Assembly: GCA_034670305.1 (NCBI GenBank)
Contig: JAXMNT010000005.1
Coordinates: forward strand, 32,001 to 96,000
Direction of reading: 5' to 3'
Length of the DNA stretch: 64,000 bases
Source: Deltaproteobacteria bacterium
GTDB taxonomy: Bacteria > Myxococcota_A > Polyangia > Polyangiales > Houyiibacteriaceae
Shown: piece by piece, positions 9,101-20,712 of the stretch
Position numbering within the stretch: position 1 is the stretch's first letter
Layout: every line of letters starts with the position of its first letter
Program-made: the position numbers and the translations under genes
The notes under the pieces: model-generated
Databases searched by the model: none
What the model saw: the letters and a program-made list of their open reading frames with translations, nothing else
What the model was told of the DNA's origin: nothing

Positions 9101-11248
9101 ATGTCGAAGCGTTGGGGTTGGGTTGGGTTCGTGTGCTTGGTGGCTGCGTGTGGTGGCGACGACGGCACGACGTGCCCCGACGGCATGATGGTGATGGACG
9201 GACGCTGTGTGATGGCGTTCGACGGCGGCGGGGACACCGGGCCGTGTGATCCAACCACCGCCGAAGCCTGCAACGGCGTCGACGACGACTGCGACGGGAC
9301 CGTCGACGAGAACGTGACCCAGGCCTGCGGCCTGACGATGGAAGGTCAGTGCACGATGGGCACCGAGACCTGCGTCGACGGAATGTTCGAAGGGTGCGAC
9401 GCGGTCGAGCCGGTCGACGAAGTGTGTGGCGATGGGCTCGACGACGACTGCGACGGGGCGGTCGACGAGCGCTGCATGTGCACGCCCGGCGAGAGCCAAG
9501 CCTGCGGCAGCGAAGTCGGAGAGTGCATGCCCGGGGTTCAGGTCTGCGGGGACGACATGTTCTTCGGCACCTGCGACGGCGCGGTCGGGAGCTCCGCCGA
9601 GGTCTGCGACGGACTCGACAACGACTGCAACGGCGTGGTCGACAACGGCAACCCGGGCGGGGGCGGCGCATGCGGTACGAGCGTCGGCGCATGTTTGCCC
9701 GGCATCGAGATGTGTCTGGAGGGCGCCATCGTGTGCATGGGCGGCGTGAGTGCGACCGACGAGGTCTGCAACGACGTGGACGACGACTGCGACGGCATGA
9801 CCGACGAAGGGGTGCTGCTCGAGTGGTACCCGGACATGGACGGGGACGGCTTCGGCGACTCGACGGTGGGCGCCGTGCTCGACTGCGAGACGCCCCCGGC
9901 CCTGCCTGGCGCCGTGAACGACAACACCGACTGCGACGACGACTGCGCCGCGTGCACGCCCGGTGCCGTGGAGCTGTGCGACGGGTTGAACAACGACTGC
10001 GACGACGACTCGAACATCGACGAAGGCATCGGCAGCTGCGTGTTCGGCGACGACGTGTCGTGCGTGACGACGTGCGGGAGCACCGGCACCGGCACCTGCA
10101 ACGCGATGTGCGAGCCGCCGGACGACAGCGCTGCGTGCGACCCGCCGGAAGAGAGCTGCAACTTCGCGGACGTGGACTGCGACGGCATCGAAGACGAGGA
10201 CACCCGTGAGATCGTGCTGTCGGCCGCGCTCTCGTCGGGGTTCGACGACGCGGACGAGGTGCGCATCGTGCCGATCGCGACCGGGTTCTTGGCGGTCGTG
10301 CTCCACGGACGGCGGATCGATGCCCAGAGGCTGAGTACCGCCGGGGTACCGACGGGGAGTTCGCTCAAGATCAACATCGCCAACGACGTCGACAACATGG
10401 ACATCGATGTGTTCAACGGAGACCGCGTGGTCGTCGCGTGGACCCGCACCGGAGACGAGCTCGCCGCCGCGGTGCTGCGCGCGCGGTCCACGGGCATCAC
10501 CTTCGAACGGGTGGAGCGGATCATCGACGCGGACGCCGAACAGTTCGGCGACGTCGCCGTGGCCGCGAACGAGAGCGAGATCGTGTTCGCGTACGGCAAC
10601 GGGATCGGCGCGCTCGGAGACACCAACATCCGGCTGGCGCGGACGACCACAGCGCTCGGCGGTGTGAACACGACCGAGTTGCTTCAGCCACTGGCCTTCG
10701 CCCGCAAGTCCGCGCTGGATCTCATCGAGTCGGCCGGCACGTTCACGCTGGCTTTCGAAAACGGCGCGTCGGTGCGCACCGGCACCGTGACCACCACCGC
10801 GGGCAACCCGAACTTGCCCTCGAGCTCGGTGGCGGGCACGTGCGAACACCCGGTGCTCGGCGAGCGGGGCGACGGAGAGCGGGTGCTCGGATGTGTGTCC
10901 GGGTCAGAGCTTCTGAGTTGGACCTTGAACGCGTCGAGCGCGGTGGTGGGTGCGCCGACGCGCATGACCAACGTGGTGCCAGCGATCTCGTCCGGCACCC
11001 AGACGCACCGGGTGGCGTTCAGCGGCGGCGCGTGGATCTGGGGCGGCGCCATGACGCCGGCCGCGGGCTTCAACAACTTCATCGGGACCCGCGAGACCGA
11101 TGTCGCGCTCGCGAACGTGGGCGCGGCGTCGGTGTTCTTCGGGACCTTCGAGGGCGCGGACGTGGCGGCCGACGGCGCTGGCAACGTCGTGGGCATCATC
11201 GCCAACACCGGTTCGAGCACGCGGGTGTGGGTCTACTCGTGTCCATGA
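9101..11248 (+). CDS. Cys/Asp-rich lipoprotein with MopE-type putative metal-binding repeats and a C-terminal beta-rich domain
   Basis: Lipobox VAAC; repeated E.C.G.DDDCDG.VDE; WYPDMDGDGFGD. Confidence 0.88.
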   Translation: MSKRWGWVGFVCLVAACGGDDGTTCPDGMMVMDGRCVMAFDGGGDTGPCDPTTAEACNGVDDDCDGTVDENVTQACGLTMEGQCTMGTETCVDGMFEGCDAVEPVDEVCGDGLDDDCDGAVDERCMCTPGESQACGSEVGECMPGVQVCGDDMFFGTCDGAVGSSAEVCDGLDNDCNGVVDNGNPGGGGACGTSVGACLPGIEMCLEGAIVCMGGVSATDEVCNDVDDDCDGMTDEGVLLEWYPDMDGDGFGDSTVGAVLDCETPPALPGAVNDNTDCDDDCAACTPGAVELCDGLNNDCDDDSNIDEGIGSCVFGDDVSCVTTCGSTGTGTCNAMCEPPDDSAACDPPEESCNFADVDCDGIEDEDTREIVLSAALSSGFDDADEVRIVPIATGFLAVVLHGRRIDAQRLSTAGVPTGSSLKINIANDVDNMDIDVFNGDRVVVAWTRTGDELAAAVLRARSTGITFERVERIIDADAEQFGDVAVAANESEIVFAYGNGIGALGDTNIRLARTTTALGGVNTTELLQPLAFARKSALDLIESAGTFTLAFENGASVRTGTVTTTAGNPNLPSSSVAGTCEHPVLGERGDGERVLGCVSGSELLSWTLNASSAVVGAPTRMTNVVPAISSGTQTHRVAFSGGAWIWGGAMTPAAGFNNFIGTRETDVALANVGAASVFFGTFEGADVAADGAGNVVGIIANTGSSTRVWVYSCP

Positions 11249-12447
11249 GGGGCGCGCGCAGCGGGTGGGTCGACGGGTGGCGTGCCGTCTGGGCGGGGTT
11301 CGTGCGCGCCGGATTCGTCACGGTGCGAACCAAGTCGGTCGCGTTGGCGATGGCGGTCGCGGTCGTGCTCGTTGGATGCAGCGGCGGCGCGTGTCCGGAG
11401 GGGCTGCGCGAAGTCGGCGGCATGTGCGTCCCAGAAGACGCGGGCGCGGGCGACGCATGCGTCCCCGGCGCGGAGACCTGCGACAACACGGACGAGGACT
11501 GCGACGGCGCGATCGACGAGGAGGTCACACGGCCGTGCGGCACCGATCGAGGCGCGTGCGAGACCGGCACCGAGACCTGCACCGGTGGGGTGTGGGGACG
11601 CTGCGTCGACCCGGTCGATCCCTCCACCGAGGTCTGTGACGGCAGCCTCGACGACGACTGCGATGGCGCCGTGGACGAAGCATGTGCGTGTCCCGAGGGC
11701 ATGGCGCGCGCGTGCGGCACCACCGAAGGGCTCTGTGAGACCGGCGGTCAGGTGTGCACCGATCTGGCGTGGGGCGCGTGTGAAGGCGGCGTCGAGCCGG
11801 TGGCCGAGACCTGCGATGGACTCGACGAGGACTGCGACGGCATGGTCGACGAAGGACTCGGACGGCTCTGGTTCCGAGACGCTGACGCAGACGCCTTCGG
11901 CGACCCGGACGACACGCGCGCCGGCTGCAGCGCGCCCGAAGGGTACGTGAGCCGCGGCGACGACTGCGACGACAGCCGCAAAGGCACCTTCCCCGGCGCG
12001 CCGGAAGCCTGCGGCGGCGAGGACGAGGACTGCGACGGGCGCATCGACGAAGGTGCGAGCGGCGGCGATCGGACGTTCTTCCGGGACGCGGACGGCGACG
12101 GGTTCGGGGACGACGGCACAACGATGCGCGGATGCGACGAACCCTCCGGCTACGTTGGCCGCGGCGGCGACTGCGACGACAGCGACAACCGCGTGCACCC
12201 CGACCAGACGGGGTTCTTCTCGTCGCCCGCAACCGGCGGCGGCTACGACTTCGACTGCGACGGCGCGCAGACGCGCGAGTTCACCCGAGCCGCGGGATCG
12301 TGCGAACTGACCTGCCCCTCGAGCGCGAGCGGTTGGTCCGGCGCCGTACCGAGCTGCGGGGCCGAAGGCACCTACCGTCCCTGCTCGTTCGGCGGCGGCG
12401 GCGGCTGCAGCAACACCCCCATGTCGCGCCTGCAAACCTGCCGCTAA
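11245..12447 (+). CDS. Cys/Asp-rich lipoprotein with MopE-type repeats
   Basis: ATG overlaps the upstream stop; lipobox [47 protein letters not shown]. The start may be later. Confidence 0.85.
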   Translation: MRGARSGWVDGWRAVWAGFVRAGFVTVRTKSVALAMAVAVVLVGCSGGACPEGLREVGGMCVPEDAGAGDACVPGAETCDNTDEDCDGAIDEEVTRPCGTDRGACETGTETCTGGVWGRCVDPVDPSTEVCDGSLDDDCDGAVDEACACPEGMARACGTTEGLCETGGQVCTDLAWGACEGGVEPVAETCDGLDEDCDGMVDEGLGRLWFRDADADAFGDPDDTRAGCSAPEGYVSRGDDCDDSRKGTFPGAPEACGGEDEDCDGRIDEGASGGDRTFFRDADGDGFGDDGTTMRGCDEPSGYVGRGGDCDDSDNRVHPDQTGFFSSPATGGGYDFDCDGAQTREFTRAAGSCELTCPSSASGWSGAVPSCGAEGTYRPCSFGGGGGCSNTPMSRLQTCR

Positions 12448-12451
12448 CTTT

Positions 12452-12765
12452 GGATTCGGCTTCGGCTTCGGCTTCGGCGTCGGCATCGGCGTCGGCTCGT
12501 CGGCTTCGGCGTCGGCTTCGGCATCGGCGTCGGCTTCGGCGTCGGCTTCGGCTTCGGCGTCGGCATCGGCGTCGGCTTCGGCGTCGGCTTCGGCCTCGGC
12601 TTCGGCTTCGGCGTCGGATTCGGATTCGGATTCGGATTCGGATTCGGCTTCGGCTCCGGCTTCGGCTTCGGCTTCGGCGTCGGCGTCGGCTTCGGCTTCG
12701 GCGTCGGCGTCGGCGTCCGCATCGGCTTCGGCATCGGCATCGGCTTCGGGTTTTCGGATTCGGAT
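12452..12765 (+). repeat. Intergenic (NTCGGC)n hexamer tract
   Basis: About 310 bp of ttcggc/gtcggc/atcggc/ttcgga starting a few bases after the stop at 12447. Confidence 0.95.
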
Positions 12766-12819
12766 CCCGCAACTGCTCCGTCCACCGGTCGACGAGGCGC
12801 ACTCACCAAGGAGTGTGCG

Positions 12820-13950
12820 ATGACGAAATGGTTGGCGATGGGTGTGCTGTGTGTGTCGGTGCTGGCGTGCGATGAGGAAGGGGGCTGTCCTTCTGGCATG
12901 CATCTGGAGGCGGGCCGATGCGTGGGCTCGAGGACCGACAGCGGACCGGCGGATGCTGGCTTCGCGGGCGACGGTGGAGCAGCAGACGCGGGTGCGATGC
13001 GCGACGCGGATCTGGCGGACGCGTGCAGCCAGGAGGTCTGCAACGGCCACGACGACGACTGCGATGGCGCGACGGATGAAGGGATCCACGGCGAGGTGTG
13101 CGGCAGCGACGAGGGTCTGTGCGTGCGCGGCATCGGCTCGTGCGTCGACGGCGTGTTCGCATGCGAAGGGTCCGTCGAAGGCATGGAGGAAGTCTGCAAT
13201 GGCGTCGACGACGACTGCGACGGGACGATGGACGAAGCGGATCCGGAGCTGGGCGTCGCATGTTCCGCTGGCGGCGGTTGCGGACCCGGCATCCAGGTGT
13301 GCGTCGAAGGCGCACTGCAGTGCATGGGCGAGGTCGAACCGAGCGAAGAGATCTGCAACGGGTTGGACGACGACTGCGACGGACACGTGGACGAGGACAG
13401 CGTGTCCGGCCGGTGCGGGAGCGATGTCGGCGCGTGTGTGCCCGGACGCGCGCGCTGCACCGATGGCGTGGAGGTGTGTGCGGGCGGCGTGCAGCCGGTC
13501 GACGAGACCTGCGATGGCCTCGACAACGATTGCGACGGGGCGAGCGACGAAGGGGTGTCGACGCCTCTCTACGAAGACGCCGACGGAGACGGATTCGGAA
13601 CCGGCGCACCGCTCGAGCTCTGCGCGGGGACCGAGGGGTACGCGGAGGTCGGCGGCGACTGCAACGATGGCAACCCGGTGGTGCGGCCGAACCAGACCAC
13701 GTTCTCGGGCGAGCCAATCGTCAGCGGCGGCTTCGACTACGACTGCAACGGGGAAGAGGAGCCGCGGTACACGACGGTGCGGTCGAGCTCGGACTGCACG
13801 TGTCCCACGATCGGCTCGACCGCGTTCTGGCTCTACTCGGCGCCTGCGTGCGGTGTCGAAGGACGGCTGAAGCGGTGCGTGCGGAACGCGTTCACGCTGG
13901 CGTGTGATCAACTCGAAGTGGACCGAAACTTCGTGCAACCATGCCGCTGA
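12820..13950 (+). CDS. Cys/Asp-rich lipoprotein with MopE-type repeats
   Basis: aaggag RBS upstream; lipobox VLAC; EVCNG.DDDCDG repeats; [17 protein letters not shown]. Confidence 0.88.
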   Translation: MTKWLAMGVLCVSVLACDEEGGCPSGMHLEAGRCVGSRTDSGPADAGFAGDGGAADAGAMRDADLADACSQEVCNGHDDDCDGATDEGIHGEVCGSDEGLCVRGIGSCVDGVFACEGSVEGMEEVCNGVDDDCDGTMDEADPELGVACSAGGGCGPGIQVCVEGALQCMGEVEPSEEICNGLDDDCDGHVDEDSVSGRCGSDVGACVPGRARCTDGVEVCAGGVQPVDETCDGLDNDCDGASDEGVSTPLYEDADGDGFGTGAPLELCAGTEGYAEVGGDCNDGNPVVRPNQTTFSGEPIVSGGFDYDCNGEEEPRYTTVRSSSDCTCPTIGSTAFWLYSAPACGVEGRLKRCVRNAFTLACDQLEVDRNFVQPCR

Positions 13951-14016
13951 CGTATCGTATGTGATACTGGTGTTCGAGGGTTGATACGGATCGGGCGTCG
14001 GCTGGGGGGTTGCTGA

Positions 14017-14365
14017 TTCCGAAGCCGAAGCTGACGCCGCCGAAGTCGACGCCGAGGCCGAGGCCGAAGCCGACGCCGACGCCGACGCCGAGGCCGAAGC
14101 CGACGCCGATGCCGATGCCGAATCCGAGGCCAAAGCCGAGGCCGAAGCCGACGCCGACGCCGACGCCGAGGCCGAAGCCGAACCCGAGGCCGAAGCCCGA
14201 AGCCGAAGCCGACGCCGAGGCCGAAGCCCGAAGCCGAAGCCGACGCCGTGGCCGAAGCCAACGCCGAAGCCGAAGCCGACCCCGACCCCGAAGCCGAGGC
14301 CGAAGCCGAGGCCGAAGCCGAACCCGAGCCCGAAGCCCGAAGGCCCAGGCCGAGGCCGAAGCCGG
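14017..14365 (-). repeat. Intergenic (NTCGGC)n hexamer tract read on minus strand, 3' of bioD
   Basis: gccgaa/gccgag/gccgac tandem on + strand between convergent genes. Confidence 0.95.
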
Positions 14366-14370
14366 TCGCC

Positions 14371-15042
14371 TCAGTCGTCCAGGTCTGGCATCGCGCAAGG
14401 TGAGGAGAACGGGGCTTGGTGCGGTTGGAGGAGGGCGGCGATGGCCGCGACGTCCTCGAGGACGGGGGCGCGGAGCCAACTTTGAAGCACGGCGCGGTTG
14501 GTCGCCTGGCTCTCGTCCGATTCGGGGAACCGGTTCAAGAACACGGCCGTCAACCGCAGCCCTCGATCCGCGACCGCGAGCGCGGCGGCGCGCGCGTCGG
14601 AGAGGCACCCGAGGCGGTTGGGGACGACGAGCAAGAGCTCGGGGTGGAGCCGAGCGGCCAGATCGAGCATGTCGAGTTCCGCCGTCAGAGGGACGAGGGG
14701 TCCGCCGGCCCCCTCGACCAAGACCATCTCATGGTCGGCTGCGATCGCGTGGATCCCCGCCTCGATCCGATCGATGTCGGGCGGCGCGCCCCCGCCCATG
14801 ACCACGGCCTGCGGCGCCAATGGTGGGGCGGCTCGGTAGAAGGATGGGTGGTGTGCGTAGGTGAAGCCGCCCGCCTCATCGAGCGCGAGCGCGTCCAGCG
14901 GTGCGCCTTCGACCACCCCGGTCTCGATCGGTTTGAGTCCGACCGCGTCGTGCTCCTCGCGCAGGACCCGGAGGAGGTTGCACGTGAAACATGTCTTGCC
15001 GACGCCGGTCCCAGTGCCGGTCACAAAGACGATTCGGCTCAT
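14371..15042 (-). CDS. bioD: Dethiobiotin synthase
   Basis: [29 protein letters not shown]; overlaps the bioF stop. Confidence 0.93.
   Translation of the reverse strand: MSRIVFVTGTGTGVGKTCFTCNLLRVLREEHDAVGLKPIETGVVEGAPLDALALDEAGGFTYAHHPSFYRAAPPLAPQAVVMGGGAPPDIDRIEAGIHAIAADHEMVLVEGAGGPLVPLTAELDMLDLAARLHPELLLVVPNRLGCLSDARAAALAVADRGLRLTAVFLNRFPESDESQATNRAVLQSWLRAPVLEDVAAIAALLQPHQAPFSSPCAMPDLDD
14976..14991. promoter_or_regulatory. parS-like site inside bioD
   Basis: GGTTGCACGTGAAACA, 14/16 match to TGTTTCACGTGAAACA. Confidence 0.5.
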
Positions 15043-16163
15043 CGAAGGGCTCGGATGGCGGAGACCAAGGACTCCACCTCATCGGGTCGATGCGTCGCCA
15101 TCGGTGTGATGCGCAGGCGGGCGGTTCCTTCTGGAACGGTGGGGGGGCGGATGGCCCCCACCAGAAGATTGCGCTCCAGCAGTGCTGCGGAGAGCGCCAA
15201 GGCGCGCTCGTTGTCGCCCACGACCCAGGGGACGATCGCGCCCTCCCCCTCCGCCAGCCCGAGCTCACTCCGCAGCGCGTGGGTGTGGCGACGCAGGCTG
15301 TCTCGCAGACCCTCCGCGTCCCGGCAGAGTCTCACCGCGACTTCGATCGCGGGCAGCAACGCCGCGGGGAACGCAGTCGAGAAGACGAAGCTGCGGGCCC
15401 GGTTCACCAGGAAGTCTTGCAGCGCGCCCGTCCCCGCCACGAAGGCCCCTGCCAATCCGAGCCCCTTGCCCAGCGTCCCGACCAGCACATCGGGCACCAC
15501 CCCGAGCTCGGCGCAGCGCCCGGCCCCGCTCGGACCCACGACGCCCAAGGCGTGCGCTTCGTCCACCAGAAGCCAAGCGTCGTGCGCATCGCACAGCGAG
15601 CGCAGGCCCTTCAAGTCGGCCAGGTCGCCATCCATCGAGAAGACCGACTCGGTCAGGACCAGCGCTCGACCTGAGCCCCGATGGGCTTCGAGGCCGGTTG
15701 AGAGCGCTTCCAAACAGGCGTGCTCGACCACCACCACCTTGGCTCGGGACAGCCGAGCGCCGTCGATCAGGCTCGCGTGAATCAGCCGGTCCGAGAACAC
15801 GACGTCGCCTTCGCCCATGAGGCTCGAGACCGTCCCCACGTTGGCCGCGTAGCCGCTCGAGAAGAGCGTGGCGGAGGGCAGGCCCACGTACTCGGCCAGG
15901 GTCTCTTCGGCCCGAACGTGCCCAATGAGATTGCCGGTGATCAGCCGACTGCTGGGAGACCCCGCGCCCTGGACAGCTTCCAGCAGGCCGGGGTGACTGG
16001 CCAAGCCCAGGTAGTCGTTGGAGCAGAAGTTGAGCACGGGCTCCGGCCGACCGCTGAGTCGCACCGTCGTCCCCGGTCCTTCCAAGGTCCGAAGCCGCCG
16101 ACGGAGACCAAGGCGCTCGAGTTCTTCGAGGCGCGTCCGCAGCGTTTCATCCAAGCTCGACAT
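15039..16163 (-). CDS. bioF: 8-amino-7-oxononanoate synthase
   Basis: NFCSNDYLGL, FSSGYAAN, HASLIDG, ESVFSMDGD, VDEAHALG, GTLGK (PLP Lys), IRPPTVP. Confidence 0.95.
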   Translation of the reverse strand: MSSLDETLRTRLEELERLGLRRRLRTLEGPGTTVRLSGRPEPVLNFCSNDYLGLASHPGLLEAVQGAGSPSSRLITGNLIGHVRAEETLAEYVGLPSATLFSSGYAANVGTVSSLMGEGDVVFSDRLIHASLIDGARLSRAKVVVVEHACLEALSTGLEAHRGSGRALVLTESVFSMDGDLADLKGLRSLCDAHDAWLLVDEAHALGVVGPSGAGRCAELGVVPDVLVGTLGKGLGLAGAFVAGTGALQDFLVNRARSFVFSTAFPAALLPAIEVAVRLCRDAEGLRDSLRRHTHALRSELGLAEGEGAIVPWVVGDNERALALSAALLERNLLVGAIRPPTVPEGTARLRITPMATHRPDEVESLVSAIRALR

Positions 16164-16209
16164 GGGAGCGCTCTAGCAGACTGCCCTACGTAGACCAGAC
16201 CGCCGGCCA

Positions 16210-16270
16210 CGTTGCACGTGAAACATTCTCCACGACCGTTGCCTCTGGCACCGAAGTTTCACGTGAAACC
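16210..16270. promoter_or_regulatory. Two parS-like palindromes
   Basis: CGTTGCACGTGAAACA (16210-16225) and AGTTTCACGTGAAACC (16255-16270, perfect 14-bp palindromic core). Confidence 0.7.
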
Positions 16271-16288
16271 TCCCAAGCCAAACCGACC

Positions 16289-17176
16289 TCAGAACTGCAG
16301 CAGATCCGAGCGGGGATCGCCTTCCAGCGCATCGTCCAGCACCTTCACGGCAGCCCGCACCTCATCGCCACCCCCTTTGGGCATGACGACCTCGAGGTGG
16401 GCGATGAGATCGCAGGGCGGGCCGCCCTTGAGCCGGGGACCCTTGCCCTTGAGCCGGAGCTTCATCCCGTTGGAGGCCCCCTCGGGCACCCGCAACTGCA
16501 CCATGCCCTCAGGCGTCGGGACCTCGATCTTCGCCCCCTCGAATGCCTCGAGCGGACGCACCGGGAGCCGCACGTGGAGCACGTCGCCTTCGAACCAATA
16601 GGCGTTGTGCGCACCCACCCGCATCGTGAGCACCAGATCCGACCGCCCACCCCGGCCGCGGAGTCCTTGCCCACTCAGCCGCAGTTGGTCGCCGTCCCGA
16701 ACGCCCGGCGGGATCCGCACCTTCACGGTGCGGGGACCCCTCGCCTCCTGGAGCACGATCTCCCGGGCCCCACCACGCACCGCATCCACGAATGTGAGAT
16801 CGAGGATGGCCGTGGAGTCGCGCGGCCGCGCAGGAGGCCGCCGTCCCCGCATCTGCTCGAAGATGTCTCGAGGATCAAAGGCGCCCCCCGAGAACGCGCT
16901 CCCGACGTCGAAGCTGGCGGCGCGGGCACGGGCGGCTTCCGGGTCGAACCCCTCGCGCAGCCCCACCATGCCGAACTCGTCGTAGAGCTTGCGCTTCCGC
17001 TCGTCCGAAAGAATGCGGTAGGCCTCGCCCACCCTCTTGAACCGCTCCTCAGCGCGCGGGTTGTCCGGGTTCCGGTCCGGATGGAGATCCCGAGCGAGCT
17101 TGCGGTACGCCTTCTTGATCTCCGCGGTGCTCGATCCCTTCGAAACCCCAAGGTCCTCGTAGTAGTTCGGCTCCAT
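16289..17176 (-). CDS. Class-B DnaJ/CbpA-like co-chaperone (J domain + DnaJ_C, no zinc finger)
   Basis: NYYEDLGV, IKKAYRKLARDLHPDRN, VRIPPGV, LRLKGKG; no CxxCxGxG repeats. Confidence 0.92.
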   Translation of the reverse strand: MEPNYYEDLGVSKGSSTAEIKKAYRKLARDLHPDRNPDNPRAEERFKRVGEAYRILSDERKRKLYDEFGMVGLREGFDPEAARARAASFDVGSAFSGGAFDPRDIFEQMRGRRPPARPRDSTAILDLTFVDAVRGGAREIVLQEARGPRTVKVRIPPGVRDGDQLRLSGQGLRGRGGRSDLVLTMRVGAHNAYWFEGDVLHVRLPVRPLEAFEGAKIEVPTPEGMVQLRVPEGASNGMKLRLKGKGPRLKGGPPCDLIAHLEVVMPKGGGDEVRAAVKVLDDALEGDPRSDLLQF

Positions 17177-17316
17177 GCACCGACGATATGGGCCAAAGCC
17201 GCCGATGGCAACCCTTCTGGCGCCACTTTTGTCATTCTTTGGCCCCGTACGTGCCAATCTTGTCATATGCGGACTGAAACCCGTTGCGGTCCTCGTCTTG
17301 CCGCACTGAACCCCCC

Positions 17317-18077
17317 ATGGTAACCGCCGCACCCGTGAGCTTGGTCGATCTAACCCGCCTGCCCCAACACGTCGCCATCATCATGGATGGCAACGGTCGC
17401 TGGGCCCGCGCCCAAGGCGAGCTCCGAACGCTCGGCCACCGCGAGGGAAGCCAGTCGGTTCGCAAGATCGTGCGCGCCTGTCGCCGCCTCGGCATCGACG
17501 CGCTCACCCTCTACGCGTTCAGCGAACAGAACTGGTTCCGGCCTGGCCCCGAAGTCGCCGCGCTCATGGAGCTGCTGCGCGACTACCTGCAATCCGAACG
17601 CGACGAGCTGATGGAGAACGGGATCCGCCTGCGGGCGGTCGGACGCATCGAGAAGCTGCCGCCCTTCGTCCGCGCCGTGCTCGACCCACTCATCGCCGAG
17701 ACCGCTCAGAACGACGGCATGACCTTGACCCTGGCGCTCTCCTACGGCGGCCGCGAGGAGATCATCGACGCGACCAAAGCGCTCGCCGAGCGGGTCAAGA
17801 CCGGCGCGCTGAACCCTGAGTCGATCGACGAACGAAGTTTCGAAACGTTGCTCCCGTCCCTCGACGTCGGCCGCGTGGACTTGCTCATCCGCACCGGTGG
17901 CGAACAGCGCATCAGCAACTTCTTGCTCTGGGGCGCGGCGTACGCGGAGCTCTACTTCACCGACCGCCTCTGGCCAGACTTCACCGAAGCCGACCTCTAC
18001 CAAGCGCTCGCTTCGTACCAGCACCGCGACCGCCGCTTCGGCCGGGTCGCCGATGGTTGCGTCCCGTCCGTGGCTGA

Positions 18078-18081
<4 letters not shown>
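17317..18081 (+). CDS. uppS: Undecaprenyl-diphosphate synthase (isoprenyl transferase)
   Basis: HVAIIMDGNGRWA, YAFSEQNWFR, SYGGREE, IRTGGEQRISNFLLW. Confidence 0.96.
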
Positions 18082-18989
<908 letters not shown>

Positions 18990-19302
18990 CCCTCGCCCGC
19001 TGTGCTCCGCTCGGCGTGCTCTGAGTTCTGTCGTCCGTTGCGTCTGCGTTCCGTACTCGGGCTTGGTCTTCGTGTCGGCACCGTTCCCGGTCCGTGAGCA
19101 ATCGCCCAGCACCGCGCCGCTCAAACCACCCTCTGCGCGGCCCCCCCACCGAACGCACCGAGCCTCTGGCCACCGTCCGAGCAAACGGATCCACCCATCC
19201 GACACCCCGCGCCTCCGTTGTTTCTCCGCCCGGAACCGAAGGCCGAGCACGTGACGCGTCGCGTTGTTGACGTGCCCCAACCGCGATGCGATGCAGCCAC
19301 GC

Positions 19303-20712
19303 ATGAGCGTTACCAAGACGCCGTCGAAGACACGCCGAAAGAAGTCCTCCGCCAAGTCATCCGACGCGGCGAAGAGCACGGCGCCTTCAACCACTGACGA
19401 ATCGAACCCCGCGAGCGCTGAGCGCACGCCCTCGGAGGCACCTGTGTCCCACGATGATCGGTATCAGTTCTTCAAGGTCGTCCAGGACTACCTGGACCGC
19501 GCCGCGAAGGAAGTCTCTCTTCCCGACCACGTCCGCGAGATGCTCGCGCAGCCCAAGAACGAACTCATCACCCACTTCCCCGTCCGCATGGACGACGGGT
19601 CGATGAAGCAGTTCAAGGGCTACCGCATCCAGCACAACAACCTTCTCGGGCCCTACAAAGGTGGACTTCGTTTCCACCACTCGGTCTCGCTCGACGATCT
19701 GAAAGCGCTCGCCACGATGATGACGTGGAAGTGTGCGCTCATGAACATCCCCTTCGGTGGCGCCAAGGGCGGCGTGAAGGTCGACGTCAGCCAGCTCAGC
19801 CAGGCGGAGCTCATGCGCGTCACGCGCCGGTTCACCCACGCCCTCGGCAACAACATCGGACCGAACTACGACATCCCCGCGCCCGACGTCGGCACCAACG
19901 CGCAGGTCATGGTCTGGATCATGGACACCTACATGAACCAGGTGGACCACGCCTCGAAGAACGCGCAGCGCGCGGTCGTCACCGGCAAGACGCTGACCTG
20001 TGGTGGCAGCGAAGGCCGCGAGAAGGCCACCGCGCAGGGCGTCGTGCACTGCATCACGGAGTGGGCGCTCGACAACCGCTTCGACCTCGAAGGCAAGACC
20101 GCGATCATTCAGGGCTTCGGCAACGTGGGCAGCCACGCGGCACTCATCCTGAACCGACTCGGGGTCAGCACGATCGCGGTCGGCGATCACTCGGGTTACC
20201 TCCGTACGACCGAAGGCTTCAACGCCCACAAGCTCACCGAGTACGTGAAGCAACACGGCTCGATCGCGGGCTACGGCAGCGGCGAAGAGATCACACGCGA
20301 AGAGTTCTTCGCCACCAAGGCAGACCTCTTCATTCCTGCAGCGCTCGAGAACCAGATCGGGGAAGCGGAGGCGCAGGCGCTCGACGTCAAGCTCATCGCC
20401 GAGGGCGCCAACGGCCCGTGCAACCCGAAGGGCGAACGCATCCTCGTGGAGCGCGGCATTCCGATCATCCCGGACGTGCTCGCCAACTCCGGTGGTGTGA
20501 CCGTCAGCTACTACGAGTGGGTGCAGAACCTTCGTTCCGAATCGTGGGACCTCGAAGAGGTCGACATGCGCCTCGAGAAGGCGATGAAGAAGCACTACCG
20601 GCGCACCATGTTCTTCGCCCAAGAGAAGGGCGTCGAGCCGCGCATCGCGGCCTACGCGCTGGCCCTCGAGAACCTCGGCCAGGCGTACAAAGAGCGCGGC
20701 ATCTTCCCCTGA
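19303..20712 (+). CDS. gdhA: Glu/Leu/Phe/Val dehydrogenase (glutamate dehydrogenase)
   Basis: GPYKGGLRF, MTWKC, GGAKGG, DIPAPDVGT, QGFGNVG, EGANGP, NSGGVTVSYYEW. Confidence 0.93.
   Translation: MSVTKTPSKTRRKKSSAKSSDAAKSTAPSTTDESNPASAERTPSEAPVSHDDRYQFFKVVQDYLDRAAKEVSLPDHVREMLAQPKNELITHFPVRMDDGSMKQFKGYRIQHNNLLGPYKGGLRFHHSVSLDDLKALATMMTWKCALMNIPFGGAKGGVKVDVSQLSQAELMRVTRRFTHALGNNIGPNYDIPAPDVGTNAQVMVWIMDTYMNQVDHASKNAQRAVVTGKTLTCGGSEGREKATAQGVVHCITEWALDNRFDLEGKTAIIQGFGNVGSHAALILNRLGVSTIAVGDHSGYLRTTEGFNAHKLTEYVKQHGSIAGYGSGEEITREEFFATKADLFIPAALENQIGEAEAQALDVKLIAEGANGPCNPKGERILVERGIPIIPDVLANSGGVTVSYYEWVQNLRSESWDLEEVDMRLEKAMKKHYRRTMFFAQEKGVEPRIAAYALALENLGQAYKERGIFP

Noticed and set aside
9101-13950. 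Diversity-generating retroelement template/variable repeats
   Set aside because: No reverse transcriptase in the window, and no near-identical repeat pair differing at adenines was seen
16566-16581. Fourth parS-like site inside the dnaJ-like gene
   Set aside because: Only about 11/16 match, compatible with chance
17242-17257. Sigma54 promoter upstream of the dnaJ-like gene (TTGGCACG-N4-GGGC, minus strand)
   Set aside because: The -24 box is good but the -12 box is GGGC rather than TTGC; too weak to call
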